A DNA stretch of 64,000 bases from Harriotta raleighana. Its lineage: Eukaryota. Below the pieces are notes generated by a model. The model saw only the letters and a program-made list of their open reading frames with translations, was not told the DNA's origin and searched no databases. A program made the position numbers and the translations under genes. Shown here piece after piece: positions 34,303 through 47,300 of the stretch (the stretch's first letter is position 1; each line of letters begins with the position of its first letter). The stretch is taken from contig JBNZDD010013683.1 of assembly GCA_050575255.1 (NCBI GenBank), positions 310,001 to 374,000 on the forward strand. Reading direction: 5' to 3'.

Positions 34303-37300
34303 TTCCAGCTGTTAGATAAGGAAGGCAGACTCATAGTGTAGTATTAAATATTGTAATCCTTAACTGGAGTATTCATTTAAGATTCTTGGCCAGAATAACC
34401 TCAAAACCCTCTTGGTAAGACAATAGAAGTTCAAACATACAGAGCAAAATCAAAACTGTAGAAAAGAAAAGACAATTCATGCTTGGAAGGACGTAAAAGC
34501 TATTGCAACATCGAGATATAGAGATAATTTATGTTAATTGGAATTGAGATGCGTAGCAGTTGCAGTAATGGAAGATTACCAAAATTAGTTTTGAACAGCA
34601 GGATGCCTGTCATCTGCATTAGGAGATGACCTGCATTAATAATATGCTGACAAAACCAAGACAATCTTGTAGATAATTAGAAAGGAATAGCATTATTGAA
34701 GCATTTATATACCAATATTGCTGAGATGGAACTCTGCGCTTTTCAGTTAATGGAAGCAGTTTGTACTAATACATTCCATTGGGCACCACAAAAGAGAGGA
34801 TAGATGACTGGGAATTGTGGAATATAGAATTTGTACCATTGATTGATTATGCTTTGAGGAAGTGGAATTTAAACAAAAAATCCTTCATTACTCTCAGAGA
34901 GGTGAGATGTGGGGGAGCTTTATTTATAAGCTGATAAACCAAATGAGCATTGAAAGTAGAAGTTACACAGCCAGAAACAAGAGAATGTGGAGCTCATCCT
35001 ACGTATTAAGGTTAAAAGAAAATCTATTTTGTGATAGAGGCGAAGAATCCACATTCAAAGCTGTATTCTGGCAGTTTGAGTCAAAGAAACCACACAAATG
35101 GTTTGATGTGAAGTGGACATTGGGACAGAGGCATATGTTGTACTTGATGTAGAATAATGAGATCTTACCTAGCTCCACCCTATGACACTAAAAAACTGGC
35201 ATGGAGAAGTGTCCCACTCCCAACACTACTAGGCTTAAATTTGATGAGCATTAAAAATTGTGTGAGAAATAAAAAGACAATTGAGAAGTTCACCCTGTGC
35301 ACGCAAATCACCAGTATGTCAATGTCTTTACATCAGCACCAAATAAATAATATAGATGCGAGCAGCTCGATTGAACATACTCTACTCTTGCTGATCAGCT
35401 GAATCTCCATAGCGTATCCTATGTTTTGTATTCATGTACTGTACTAGAATACAAAATTAGTCTTGATTAAGGAAAATTAAAGGATTCAAGAATTACATTT
35501 GCTGTTTACACATTTGCTACACTATCTGCCACCATGATGTGTTTATTGAAAGAGACTTGCATTATATTTGGCTACCAGACCAAAGAGCTGTAAACTAGAG
35601 ATGGTGGGTAAAAGTTGATTTGATCTTCCAAGTCTGAAGATGGAGCACCATTTAGATTGCCAATTTGGGTGTTGATAATTCTATAGATGGTGTCATGATC
35701 AAAGAGAATGCCGCTTTAGATAATAATAATCTAGCAATAATCATAACATTTAATATATGTCATTGAGACATCTCAAAGCACTTCACGGGATATAATGTAA
35801 AGTGATTTACTTGTGTTTTTGTGAGGGGAAACATGGCAGCCTGCTGCACACATTGGGTGCATTGGATATTGGATAGCATTGGACAAGTCAGTGATATTGA
35901 AACAGATTTTGGTCATGCATTCTTCCATGAGGGGAGTAGGCAGTGCTAAGCTGAAGAACATAAACTTATCATCACTTGAAGTTTTTGCCCTTTAAGGAAA
36001 TTGTATGTTTAATTCACCAGTTCAGCAGCTCATGTAATATGCCTCAAAGGGGCTAGGATGTCATACTCTTTCAAGTGTTTCAGAAATGTCAAAAGCAACT
36101 CAAGACAAGTGGATGTAGACTTTGGAGAGTAATGGTCACATCCACTGCATTGCTGGAAGTTCCTGTTTATTTAGATTTTCTTAGGCTTGAATTAATACCC
36201 GTGCTTATGTTCTTTCATGAACTGAAGATGAGTTTTGATTGCATTTAATTCAAATCCAGCTGTAGAGAAAGTAGTAATAGATTGGAGAGTTCATTTAAAG
36301 TGCCCACATTTATTTTTAATTCTTGGGAGCTGATGAAGAATGCCAATATATTTTCCTCCCCCCCACAGTCACCCACTCCCCACACCCATCCACTCTCCAC
36401 ACCCTTTTACTTGTACTGTGTGCTCAAAGTGGAAGGAGGTCTCAGAAGTCTTTGATGGACCACTAAATTGACCAGTCACGCTTCCTGTTCACCACACATA
36501 AAATATTTTTTTTAAAAAGGAGAGATCTCCTTTGCTAACTTAACAATATTATATATTTATGCAATCAGTCTGCACTGAGTACATTATGCTCTTGGCTTCT
36601 GAGCTCCTGTTGATAATTAATGACTTCTGATGAGAATATAATTAGTGGCTTAATTAGGATTATCATCCATTATTACAGTGGTCTAGCTTCAAGCCAGCTG
36701 TGTGACGCATGATTAGTTATGAGTGTGGCTTATGTGGTATAAGCTACTGACAGTAAGTCCTGGTAAGATATGGTTATTTTCATTTTAAATGATATTTGTG
36801 ATTAAACATTATTATTGTAGACATTATTGTGGACATTATTGGAGATTATTTATGTTCTTGTTCCAAGTTCTGCTATTCAAAAATGTACAGTCATGGGTAT
36901 AGTGACCGGCTGAGTGTACAGCTCAAAAAGTACTTTCAATTAAGTTGGACATAGCAGTTGTGATCCTAAACCAGAGGAACTTCTGATTTTTAGTATCGAG
37001 AACATTTCTGAGCTCATTTTCTCATGAATCCAATCACAACACATTCTGAAATTTCTGCAATGCAATATAATGTAAGCACTCTGTTGTCTGTAGGCAATGC
37101 AGTTCAAGACCTGACTACAAGAGACTAACATGCTTGTACAACAATTTACAGTGTTGAGCACCAAGGGAAGATGTGAGTGTATATATTACAGAGCACACAA
37201 TTTGGATTGAATACATAGGTTAAGCAGCTATGATGATTTTTTCTCCCTAATTTTGCAGCTCTGTTTTGCAGCTCCTTTAAAATTTTATTTCATAGAAACT

Positions 37301-39420
37301 TTATATATTATATATTCATAGATTTTTTTTTGCTGAAATGCACAGCGGAGTTGCTTGGCTGTAAGATCCAATTTGTGACACTGTAGTTAATCTTCGTAGA
37401 CCCTACGGATTAATTTAATACTATTAATCTTTTCTGTGTTTTTGTAGTAAGGTCTAATAATTCATACAACATGCAGACATCAACGATTATTCCATGACTC
37501 GGGGCAAAATTAGAAAATGAAATGCTTCGCCCTAAGCTATTACTTTTTTTTCACAAAATCATTGACTACTTCTTAGAAGTGGTGAAAAGAAGTTGAGAAA
37601 ACATGAAGTATGCAGTTTTCTTTCAGCAGACTACAAAGCACCATTAAAAAAGGGTTCACAGCTGCATCAGTTAATAGCATGGACAAATTAGCAATTGATG
37701 TTTCTAAGGTGGAGTTGGAAGTCACCCCCTTAGCAGTCATTGGGGAGTGTACATTCTTTACCCCGTGTTTCTGATTATACTAGCTGACAAAACTGGTACA
37801 CTCTCAGTTGTGCACTGTGTTTGCAAGTGGGTTAGTCTGTTTTGCTGCTGAACAGGTGGAGATGAAGGGCTTTATGCCAGCAGCATCCAATGATTTCAAC
37901 TCTGGAAATGCAAGTGGAACAGAAACCGGTGGTATTAAGATCCTTCAGTCGTAATGACATTTTGCTGGTCAATTCATTTGTTTCAATTCTCTCTTTTTTA
38001 ACCCCATGCAATAAGACCGACGGAAAGGTTTAACTAACTTGCTGGAACCATCTGTGTATTCGTATCAAATATCAAAGCAGCATCCAAAATGGGAGCATGG
38101 TCTTCATCTGTGTTAACCTACTGTTATGTTACATCAGTAAAATAATTGCAATAGTGCCATAGAAATTTAGGCTTTGGATTTTTGATGCTGCCAAGTGCCT
38201 TTGCAGTAGGATAGAATAGGAGAAGAGAAGATTATCCTAAGGAACTACACGTCAATATATTTTAATTCTTTCATTGTAATTTCTTTCATGTCATTTTCCA
38301 TCAGTTACTTTCTCTATAAACTGAAGAACTTTGACTGACTTGTCAGAACCTAAGCACATTTCCAGAGTGTTTTGCCCTGCAGCACTTTTGATTGCATTGA
38401 GTTCCCGCATGGACAGATACCAACATTGTATTCCAAATGAGGACAAATAACTTAATGTTTTACTCTAATATACTGGCTGGTTTGTTAAGGAAGCGTTAGG
38501 TTTTATCAGATCACTTGTTCTTGCTGAGTGATGTATGAATGCGTACAAAGTACAGTATTCCCTTTTTAATGAAAGAATGAATTCCCTTGAAACTGATAGA
38601 ATTGCCTACCACATCTACTATAAATGGTGTAATTAGTGTTCTGTAAATTAGACAAAGATGGGACAAGCAGAGCTGGTACCTTAAGTGGTGTAAAACTAAT
38701 AGCTCACATAATATTAATGCTGTATACTATTATCTGAATCTGTTCCATGCAATATTGAATCGCAAATTGTATTTTGAATACGCACATAATATTTGCCACC
38801 TAGGGCCTTTGTAAGTAAGAAATATTTATATTAAAGGCCATTAAACTTTCTCATTCATAGTGCAATAATACTTTGTCCAGAAGCTTCCTGCAAATGGAAT
38901 AGAATTTGCCCTGTTAGGGGACCAAGTTCTTCAGTTTGGAGATGAATATGTGTTATCATTGATGGTTGCTGTAATGAGTTCTCCCTTCGCTGTGTTCCGG
39001 GGAAATCATCAACAAACAACAACAACAAAATTACATTTGTAGAGCGCTTTTTTTCAAGGCGCTGAATAGTCAGAAATACATTTTCCCCACAAAATATAGA
39101 CAATTCACTATACAATATATTTTGTGAAGGGTTTTGTTATGTCTCGACAACTTGATAAGGGGCTATATCAAATTGAAGGATTATTATTATTACATTATGT
39201 TGTTGGTGTACTAACTCATTCAAATCCCTGCTTCAAATCCCCCTTTACGCCCCTCTCATATAGTGAGTTCCACATACTCCACAGCTGGCTGATGGTGGAG
39301 CGTGACCCAACACTCATCAGGAGTTATCCAGGCTTTCTGGCTTTGCATAATTTTTGCCTGCTTTATGTGAATATATATACGTTTCTCACATTAACTATTA
39401 TGTCTGTTCATTGAATGCAG

Positions 39421-39554
39421 GACTGGATCTGCTCCCAGGTGAGACAGAAGTGGAGATCCTGGTAGACTACACTCATTCCATATGCAAAGACACATCACTT
39501 GACTTCAGCACAAAACCAAACAGTGAAGAATTTAATAATGAAACCCGTGACCAG
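39421..39554 (+). CDS. IFTAP: IFTAP coding exon 5
   Basis: gaatgcag|(G)LDLLPGETEVEILVDYTHSICKD...TRDQ|gtatgt, with the conserved LLPGE motif; phase 1 to 0. Confidence 0.88.
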
Positions 39555-40431
39555 GTATGTGGCTGTCATACTTTATTTTAATGAACTTTGAGCCACTCCT
39601 GTTGAGCAGCTTGTGTTTTTACTTCATGGCAATCATACACTCATCACTACTTTATAGTCCAGTTCGAAACCAAACTTAGGTATAACTCAGATCCAAACTA
39701 CCTGTTAATGTTGAATTTGCATTTGCCCTTTGGCTCAACACATCCAAAACTGAAAACAGGACATGTTTCTATCTATTGATGCCAATTTCCCGCTACCTCT
39801 GCAGCTCATGGTCACCGAGGCTAATTGGAGAAATCTCAGGGACACACAGTAAGGGAAAACTGTGGCATTCGATTGAAAAATAATTGAAAGGGTTAGATGT
39901 CTCCTGAATTTCCTGGTTGACTGATTTGTGGTAAATATGTAGATGACACATTGAGTTGAAGAATGATCACTGGTGCACCCACTGATGATATAATTGATCC
40001 AGATCTGACCTCGTGTTCCTTTGCGCTCAGAAAACTCAGTTAATAGTTTCCATTGATCCATATTGTAATACAATTGTTAAATATTTATTTGGCTTGTACA
40101 AGAAAATTATTAAGACAACATTTAATTAAAGGTTATGGCAATTATCAAAGGTATTAAAACGACAAAGACACAATCTCTGGCCCTTGGTTGATATTCTAGA
40201 AAGGGAATAATCTTACAATTGATGTGAAATATGTTGAAAATTTGTGAAGTTTTCTACAGTAGAATTTATAAATTGAATGATTGTTTCCTGCAAAAACTGC
40301 AACTGAATTTAATGTTGATTTAGACGTAAATTCACTCATGTTTACTTGTGACACCTTGATGTGAAGTCCTGTCATGTCACTTACTCATAGTGGGTTTCAT
40401 CATAAAACCTGCCTCTTTGTTTTTCCATCAG

Positions 40432-40605
40432 GTGCAGATGGATGAAGTCCAGCCTTTCACTTTGGATGAAGACTTTGATTACGACTGTGTCTCTCTCAAG
40501 CCAAAATACACTGAAGCTGAACTTGAAACTATTTGTACTTTGTCGAATCAGCCAAGCAACAGTACTAAACATAACTCAATACAACTAAGAGATTCTGATC
40601 TGTAA
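40432..40605 (+). CDS. IFTAP: IFTAP last coding exon; the six exons total 684 nt = 227 aa + stop
   Basis: ttttccatcag|VQMDEVQPFTLDEDFDYDCVSLKPKYTEAEL...DSDL*, carrying the hallmark DEVQxFxLDExFDYD motif. Confidence 0.92.
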   Translation: MQMDEVQPFTLDEDFDYDCVSLKPKYTEAELETICTLSNQPSNSTKHNSIQLRDSDL

Positions 40606-40799
40606 ATTCAGCTGTTATTATAGTTCGGGACAACAAGAGACCTTTTGTATGAAGAGCAGATTAGTGCTTGCAACACAAATCTGAAAGTGAAAACACCTTA
40701 ATCCCAATGCAATTATTCAAACACCTTTTATAATACTTTTGCAGTACAACAAATGTGTTTGTGTATGTTACATTGCTTTTCTCATTCTACAGCAGAAAT

Positions 40800-40805
40800 A
40801 ATAAA
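40800..40805 (+). terminator. IFTAP polyA signal
   Basis: AATAAA 195 nt after the stop, followed by a T/GT-rich tract. Confidence 0.6.
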
Positions 40806-42247
40806 ATTGATGTTTTCATATTACAATGTTTGATTCCATTCTAACTTGGAGCAAAGAAATCAAAGCGAGTGATTCCAAGAAAATGAGAAGTTCGGATGTG
40901 ACCTGAATCTGTGAGTTCAAGTGGTTTGTCATCAGTGTCCAAATTGAGATTATTTTGCTCAAATTGCTCTCCACTCTTAATTATGTGTAAGTGTCATTTA
41001 CAATTTCCGTTTGCCTACACTACAGGCACTGCACTTTATGGTTATTTGTGTGCAACACTGAGAAGTTTATCGCTGGAGGATTGTAGCATTAGTGTTTATT
41101 CTGGAATAAATTAGTGGGCCTTGACTGGTTTACATCTTGTATATAAATATGTGGTCTCATCTCAGCGTTCCAGTGATGTCCTCATCAGAAGAGCAAAGTG
41201 AGTTGCTAACATGACATAGCCGAGACTAGAAGTAAGAGCAAGAGAGGAAAAAAAAGTGTACCCAAGATTAATTGCACCATTTCCACCATCTAGTGAGCAG
41301 GAATTTGTGTTGATAACCTGCAATCTAATCACAAGGAAGCATTCAATGATGGAATTGTCAGACAAGCCATACAGAGAAATTGATCAAAGCATACTCTTGG
41401 GAAAAACGTATTATGCTAAGAAGTAAGTCCATGCAGCAGCAGGTGATGCTCAACTCAGTACAAACACAATGTGTCAAAAGAACGTGAATTTACAGCAGAA
41501 GTTGTGAATAAATTATGGGTGTTCGGGTGGTGTTCATGAGCTTCAGAAGATTCAAATGTTAACGCACACACAGACATCTGTACTTGATGCCTTTGCATAA
41601 TTTGTTTGTTTGAAAGCAATATACATTCTTACATTTTCTACAGATGTGCGAGATTATTCCTGGTATAATGATTCAAGGAGTTTCTGGTAACTCAAATTAT
41701 TCCCTAACAAAGTTTTGTTCTTTAATTATAGGGGGGAACCAACCTTCATTGCAGGCAGAAAAGTGGTTCTGTTCTGGTGATGTGTTTTTTCAAAATTGTT
41801 CATGAGTCGTACAAAGACTTTTATCTTTATTGTTGTGTTACCTGTCAATGGCCCCTTTGTGTGAAGCCGAATGTTTTGAATTTGTTGTGCAGTTGACAGG
41901 AAGATCAGCCACTTCATCTGAGCATCAGGGAGTAAGCGTGACAGATGGTAAAAATATGCTCTGTTCGGTGAATGCAAAAGGTGGAGAACACATATTGCGA
42001 TTGTTGGAGTTTAAATAAAGATCTGCATATACTACATTCACTGGGTTTAGAAGAAAGAGGAATTTTTATACCAAATATGTTTTGGGGATGTTTCCCCACT
42101 CCCAATGTTTGCTGGTACACATTAGTTCTGTTCGAATTGAGTAGATTGTGGCAACACTGGGGTACATTCAAGGCACAATCAGTTCAGTCAACAGATTTAA
42201 GAAAGGATTGTGGGTGTTCACACAAGATTAGATTAGAACTAGATTAG

Positions 42248-42690
42248 TTCCTGGGATGAGGGGACTGACCTATGAGAGAGGATAGGTTGAATAAACTAGG
42301 GCTATATTCTCTAAGAGTACAGAAGAATTAGGGGGGATCCTATTGAAACATATTAGATTCTTAAAGAGCTGGATAAAGTAGACACTGAGGGACTGTTTCC
42401 CTGGTAGGAGAATCTATAACCAGGGATCACAGTCTTAAAATTAAGGGACAGCCTTTTAGAACAGAGTTGAGGAAACATTTCTTCACTCAGAGGGTAGTGA
42501 ATTTATGGAATTCACTACCCCAGAAGTCCTTGAACATTTTCAAGGCTGAGACTGCTAGATTTTTTTAAAATAGAGGGATTAGGGGTTATGGGGATAGGGC
42601 CGGTAATGAGAGTTAGGTCAGAAGATCAGCCATGATCTTATTGAATGGCGGGGCAAGCTCGAAGGGCCGAATGGCTTACTTCTGTTCTTC
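42248..42690 (+). mobile_element. CR1 LINE 3' fragment (frameshifted ORF2 C-terminus plus 3' UTR)
   Basis: Residual PGMRGLTYE..LNKLGLYSL and FRTELRKHFFTQRVVNLWNSLP; tail gatcagccatgatcttattgaatggcggg...gaagggccgaatggc. Confidence 0.88.
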
Positions 42691-43281
42691 TATAAATCAA
42701 TGGAACATGATCATCTGGAAGCAGAGATACTGGCCTGGGTCGTGCTTGTAGAATTCCTGGAATTGATTCAGGAAATTTTTGACAGGATTATTTTTTAGAT
42801 TTTAAGTGCTGCAGTCTGCCATTGACTTTCTCATTGATCTGTTCCAAGCTGACTTGAATTTCATGCAGTGATTGAAACACTGAAATATTAGGGTTGAAAA
42901 GCATTGAAGTACTGGAAGCTGAGAATGTAGACGTGAAAGGGCACATTAAATTGCATTATTTGACCGCGTCTGTGTAGGCTTCAGTTTCCGAAGATATACC
43001 TCTGTACAATTGTAAAAGCTAGTGCTTTTTGCTTCTGTTCATTTCTGTAAGGCCTTTGTCTTCACTGAAAAACATGGTAAAATCCATGGTGCTTTCCCAC
43101 CTAGCAAACAAGCTATAGGTGTTACATGTTGTCATTTGGACTTGATCAGGATGCTGGTGGATGATACGAAATGCCAAACACCTTTATTATGCATGGTGTA
43201 CATTTGTAAATCAACGATTTCTTCAATAGAGTGCCAGGGGCTTAGCATTCATTATGCTGCATTCAGTGTAATGCCATCGAG

Positions 43282-43924
43282 TTTATTTTTCCAGCACAAG
43301 TGAGTTAATTAAACTTGGAAACCAATGTCTTAGAACAATGCAGTCATAATTATCCTTGCATTGATAGAGCACCTTTATCACATCAGTGTCTCAAAACTCG
43401 TCACCCAATGAGCTACTTTCAAATGTGGGAAACTGACACATAGGCAAAAGTGGCAGCTGATCAATGTTGGCAATAGTCCACAAACAACACTTTTAATCTG
43501 GTGAATTTGAATGAGGGTAAAGACCATCATCTACTGCATTGTAGTCTAGACAGCTTCAAGTGGGTGAAGAGACGTATTGTGCTCAATTGTCTCCCATGTA
43601 ATGAATCTATTGCTGCGGGCAAAGTACTATTCTCTATTTGTTATTATCTAAAATGAAGTGTAGGAAGGTGGCAAAGGATAATTGTTCCACTGAATGTACT
43701 GGAGAGGCATTGCCTTAAAATATGTATGTAGTGGGTGAAAAAATCACACATATGCACATTGTGCACTCTTTATGTTTATCTTTTGATAAGTTACATTTCT
43801 CTAAAATAAAAACTGATTTATTTTTCCAGCACAAGTGAGTTAATTAAACTTGGAAACCAATGTTTTAGAACAATAGTCACAATTACCCTTGCATTGATAG
43901 AGCACCTAATTTTATCACATCAGT
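43282..43924. repeat. About 105-bp diverged direct repeat (43282-43387 and 43817-43924)
   Basis: Both copies read tttatttttccagcacaagtgagttaattaaacttggaaaccaatg...ttatcacatcagt. Confidence 0.9.
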
Positions 43925-44570
43925 ATGAGAGTGCGGGAGAGTTGGATTCTGCTAATCTGTTGCCTTGATTTTTAAACTCCAAACACCTAAACCCCACCAG
44001 GAACTGAATTGTTTGGTCGATAAAATTACTTCAAAAAGGCTGTTTGTCTGATCAATCATGAAAACATGTCGCAAAAATTTCATTTGATCCATTAGTGCTT
44101 CTCAGTGTGACTTTTGGGGGGAAATTTAGGAAGCATTTGTTTAGGCAAATTGTGTGCATCTGACCTATGTATATTTGTTATGTGAAACCACTCAAACAGA
44201 ATGAACACTTTTCACTCCGAACTTGAAAGTTTTCAACTTTATTTCATGTTTCAAATTTATTTATGGTTCATAGATTCCTTCGCCTTTTTCTCCCATTCTC
44301 AATGCTCTCAACTTTTAATCCTTCCATTAGGTTTTCTAGATCACCCGATTTATCTCCAATCACCTGTTTTACATTATAAATTTATCCAACAGATTTTATG
44401 CAGTACAGATTCTAGGAAAACATCAAAATGGTTTCTGTGATAATGCTTTACACCTTTAAACTCATTGTTGTGTTGTTTAGTTCTATGATTCTGCAGAAGT
44501 AGATCATCATTTGGGAAGGACAAGTTTGTAGGACTATGGGGAGAATGCAGGGGAGTGGGATTGATTTACA

Positions 44571-44864
44571 TAATAATAATAATAATCCTTGCATTTGATA
44601 AAGCGCTTTTCACAACTTATCAACGTCTCAAAGCCCTTCACAGAATGTACTGTAAAGTGAACTGACTGTATATTTGTGGGCAAAACGCAACAGCCAATTG
44701 CGCACAGCAGTGTCCCACAAACAGTCGTGGATTGAAATGACAAATTTTTATTATTGTGGATTTTTTGGATGGATTATTATTAGGCATGTGGAGTTTGGAA
44801 ACTTACCCAATGTTTCACCCTGATCTGCCTGGATTCGAACACAGGTCTCACGCTTGTGAAGGCA
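44571..44864 (-). mobile_element. tRNA-derived SINE abutting a short CR1 tail fragment (about 44510-44570)
   Basis: Matches the 57981-58307 copy along its length. Confidence 0.8.
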
Positions 44865-46824
44865 CAATTTATTCATATCTAATTGTTATGATAATGTGCA
44901 TTTCTTTGTATCCTTTAATTCCATTTAGCTTTGATAGGTTTTAGCAGACATTGTTTTATCATGAAGAATTTGAAGTAACATGGGAGTTAATGCAGATGGT
45001 GCTATTTGGTGCTTGAATCGAAGAAACCTCAAGCCAAAGAGACCACCTAATGTTTCAGTTATGTTATGTTTCAGTCACCACAGAGATGTGCACTATGATA
45101 GTGGCCATTCCTGATCTAACTGTTTAGATGTGGGTTGCACCGACAGTTGCCACAGGTGGGCGAAGATACAGCACATTGTGGTAAAAGTTACCTTGAGTTT
45201 TAAAGTGACTTCAGTATGATTGGATCATTTGTAGGCCATTAAAGGGAGTTGCATCCAGCAATCTGTCAGGTGCGTGCTGTTTCGAGGTTTTGCTCTTGTT
45301 TTCATGAAAGGCTTTGTTGAGACGAACAAAGACTCTCATGTTAATTAATACAAGGCTCCTTTCTTCATCAATAACACGTTTGAATATGTGTGAGGGTGAT
45401 AATGTGCGGTACGACTGGATTACTTGCTGTGGTCCTGACCACAATCTAAGGTTGATCACTGATGCTAACATCTTTTGGAGCTATGGTGCATACAGTAGTT
45501 GGCTTCACATATCTGGGTCAAAATTAATACCTCATTCTTATTTAACACTTTAAGTTTTTTATAAACATATTTAAACGCCTCTCTCACAGATCTCAAAGAC
45601 TTTGAAGACGAGGCAATGAAAAATAAAGCACAATTTTCAAGTCGTAAAAATGTGGCAATTAATAGTCTGTGCAAGGATGAGATAAGAACAGATATTGAAA
45701 AATCTGGAAGGCATGTTAGCACAGAAGTAAAGCTACCGCCACTGAGATCCCATGGAATAAGAATTAAGTTGGAGCAAGTTCCAAAGCTTAGGTTTAAAGT
45801 ATTCAGAAGATGCCATAACCTGTAAGATTGCTCAATAATTAGCCCAAAGGAGTCTCAAATTGAACAGTACACTGAAATAGACACTCACCTTGGCTGCTCC
45901 ATCTAGTGGCCCAGTGATAAATTTCCTCATTCAGATTCTGTAAATTATCTGTCACTTCTAGGAACTTTGAATGGAGTATTATTTTTATTGTCAGAAGCAA
46001 CACGACACTCCAGTACATGGCTGGGAGAGGGCAGGATTGTTGGAGGTGCAGGTGAGATGTCTATTCAGATGGATGTTACAGATGCCAAAGATTCGAACAG
46101 AGATATTTCTCCCAGTGTGCTGACTAACTGTCCCCTAGATCAAATTAGTAATGCACTTTATGACTGTTTTTGGGGTATTGCTCTGTGTAAATTGTCTGCC
46201 ATGTTTGCCTGCAAAATACAGCCACTATGCAAGTTTCTGTGAAGCACTTTGAAAAGTCCTTCCGTCAAAGGCACTCTTTCAAAGGTAAGGATTTTAAAAA
46301 ATATTACTGAGGATAGTGCTTTGTACCACATTGCATTGTCTATCAGAGCACAATAAAAACACTAATGTCTAATTTCAGACTTCTGCAGAAATGCAGAGTG
46401 GACGCAGTGTAATTCATAATCGCACCCAAGATATTTTTACTGCTCTGGGAGGTATTATAATGCTTCTGAAATCCACCTGTCCTGGCAGTATCAGGAATGG
46501 GCTTGACTTGGTGTCCATTGATCAGGACCCAATGATCCCTGGTTAAAAAAATCTTGGTGTTCCTAGATTTTGCCACATGGTGGCAATCTTGCGTTACCTA
46601 GAAATGTGGACTGAATGCATTAATTCATCATTAAGAGAACACACTGGTTGAGTCTCTGAGTTAAATTTCCAGTTATTTTACTAGTCAGATGCTTTGAAAT
46701 CTTGAGATGTAAGCAGAGAGAAAAAAATAATTGGAGCACCTGCATTTCTGTGGATTAATAATAATCATAATACTCATTGTAACATAAACAGAATCCTTCC
46801 TTCGTCAGAACTCTTCAGTTCAGA

Positions 46825-47300
46825 CCTTCAGTTTTGATGGAGTGTCATGGATCCGAAACTTACTTTTCCTTTCTCCATAGATGCTGCCTGACCTGCTAAA
46901 TGTTCCCAGCGATAAGCTATGGACTGAAACAGCTCACCTTCCCCCTCTTTTGCAACCATCTGATCTGCCTCTTTGGCAATTTCACCCCCCTCTTTGTTTT
47001 AATGTTCTTAACATCTCTTCTCCCCAGTTTTGTGGCAATTTCCCCTTTTGTTTCAAAACATTAACCCATCATCTCCTGCCCTCTACTCCATTTTCTTCTT
47101 TGTTTTCCTTGCCCTGCCTCCACTGTCTCTGTTAACCCTTAAAAGTCTTTCCCTCCCAATATGCTCCGATGAAGGATCGTGGACCCGAAACATTGACTCG
47201 CTTTTCTTTTCTCCATAGATGCTGCCTGACCTGCTGAGTGTCCCAGCGATTTCTGTTTTTCTTTCAGATTTCCAGCATCTGCAGTATTTTGAGTTTTTGT
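46825..47300 (+). mobile_element. Penelope-like element terminal repeats, two tandem units
   Basis: The unit ...ccgaaac...tctccatagatgctgcctgacctgct occurs near 46850-46900 and 47185-47237. Related copies lie at 62715-62900 (+) and 56780-56878 (-). Confidence 0.65.
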
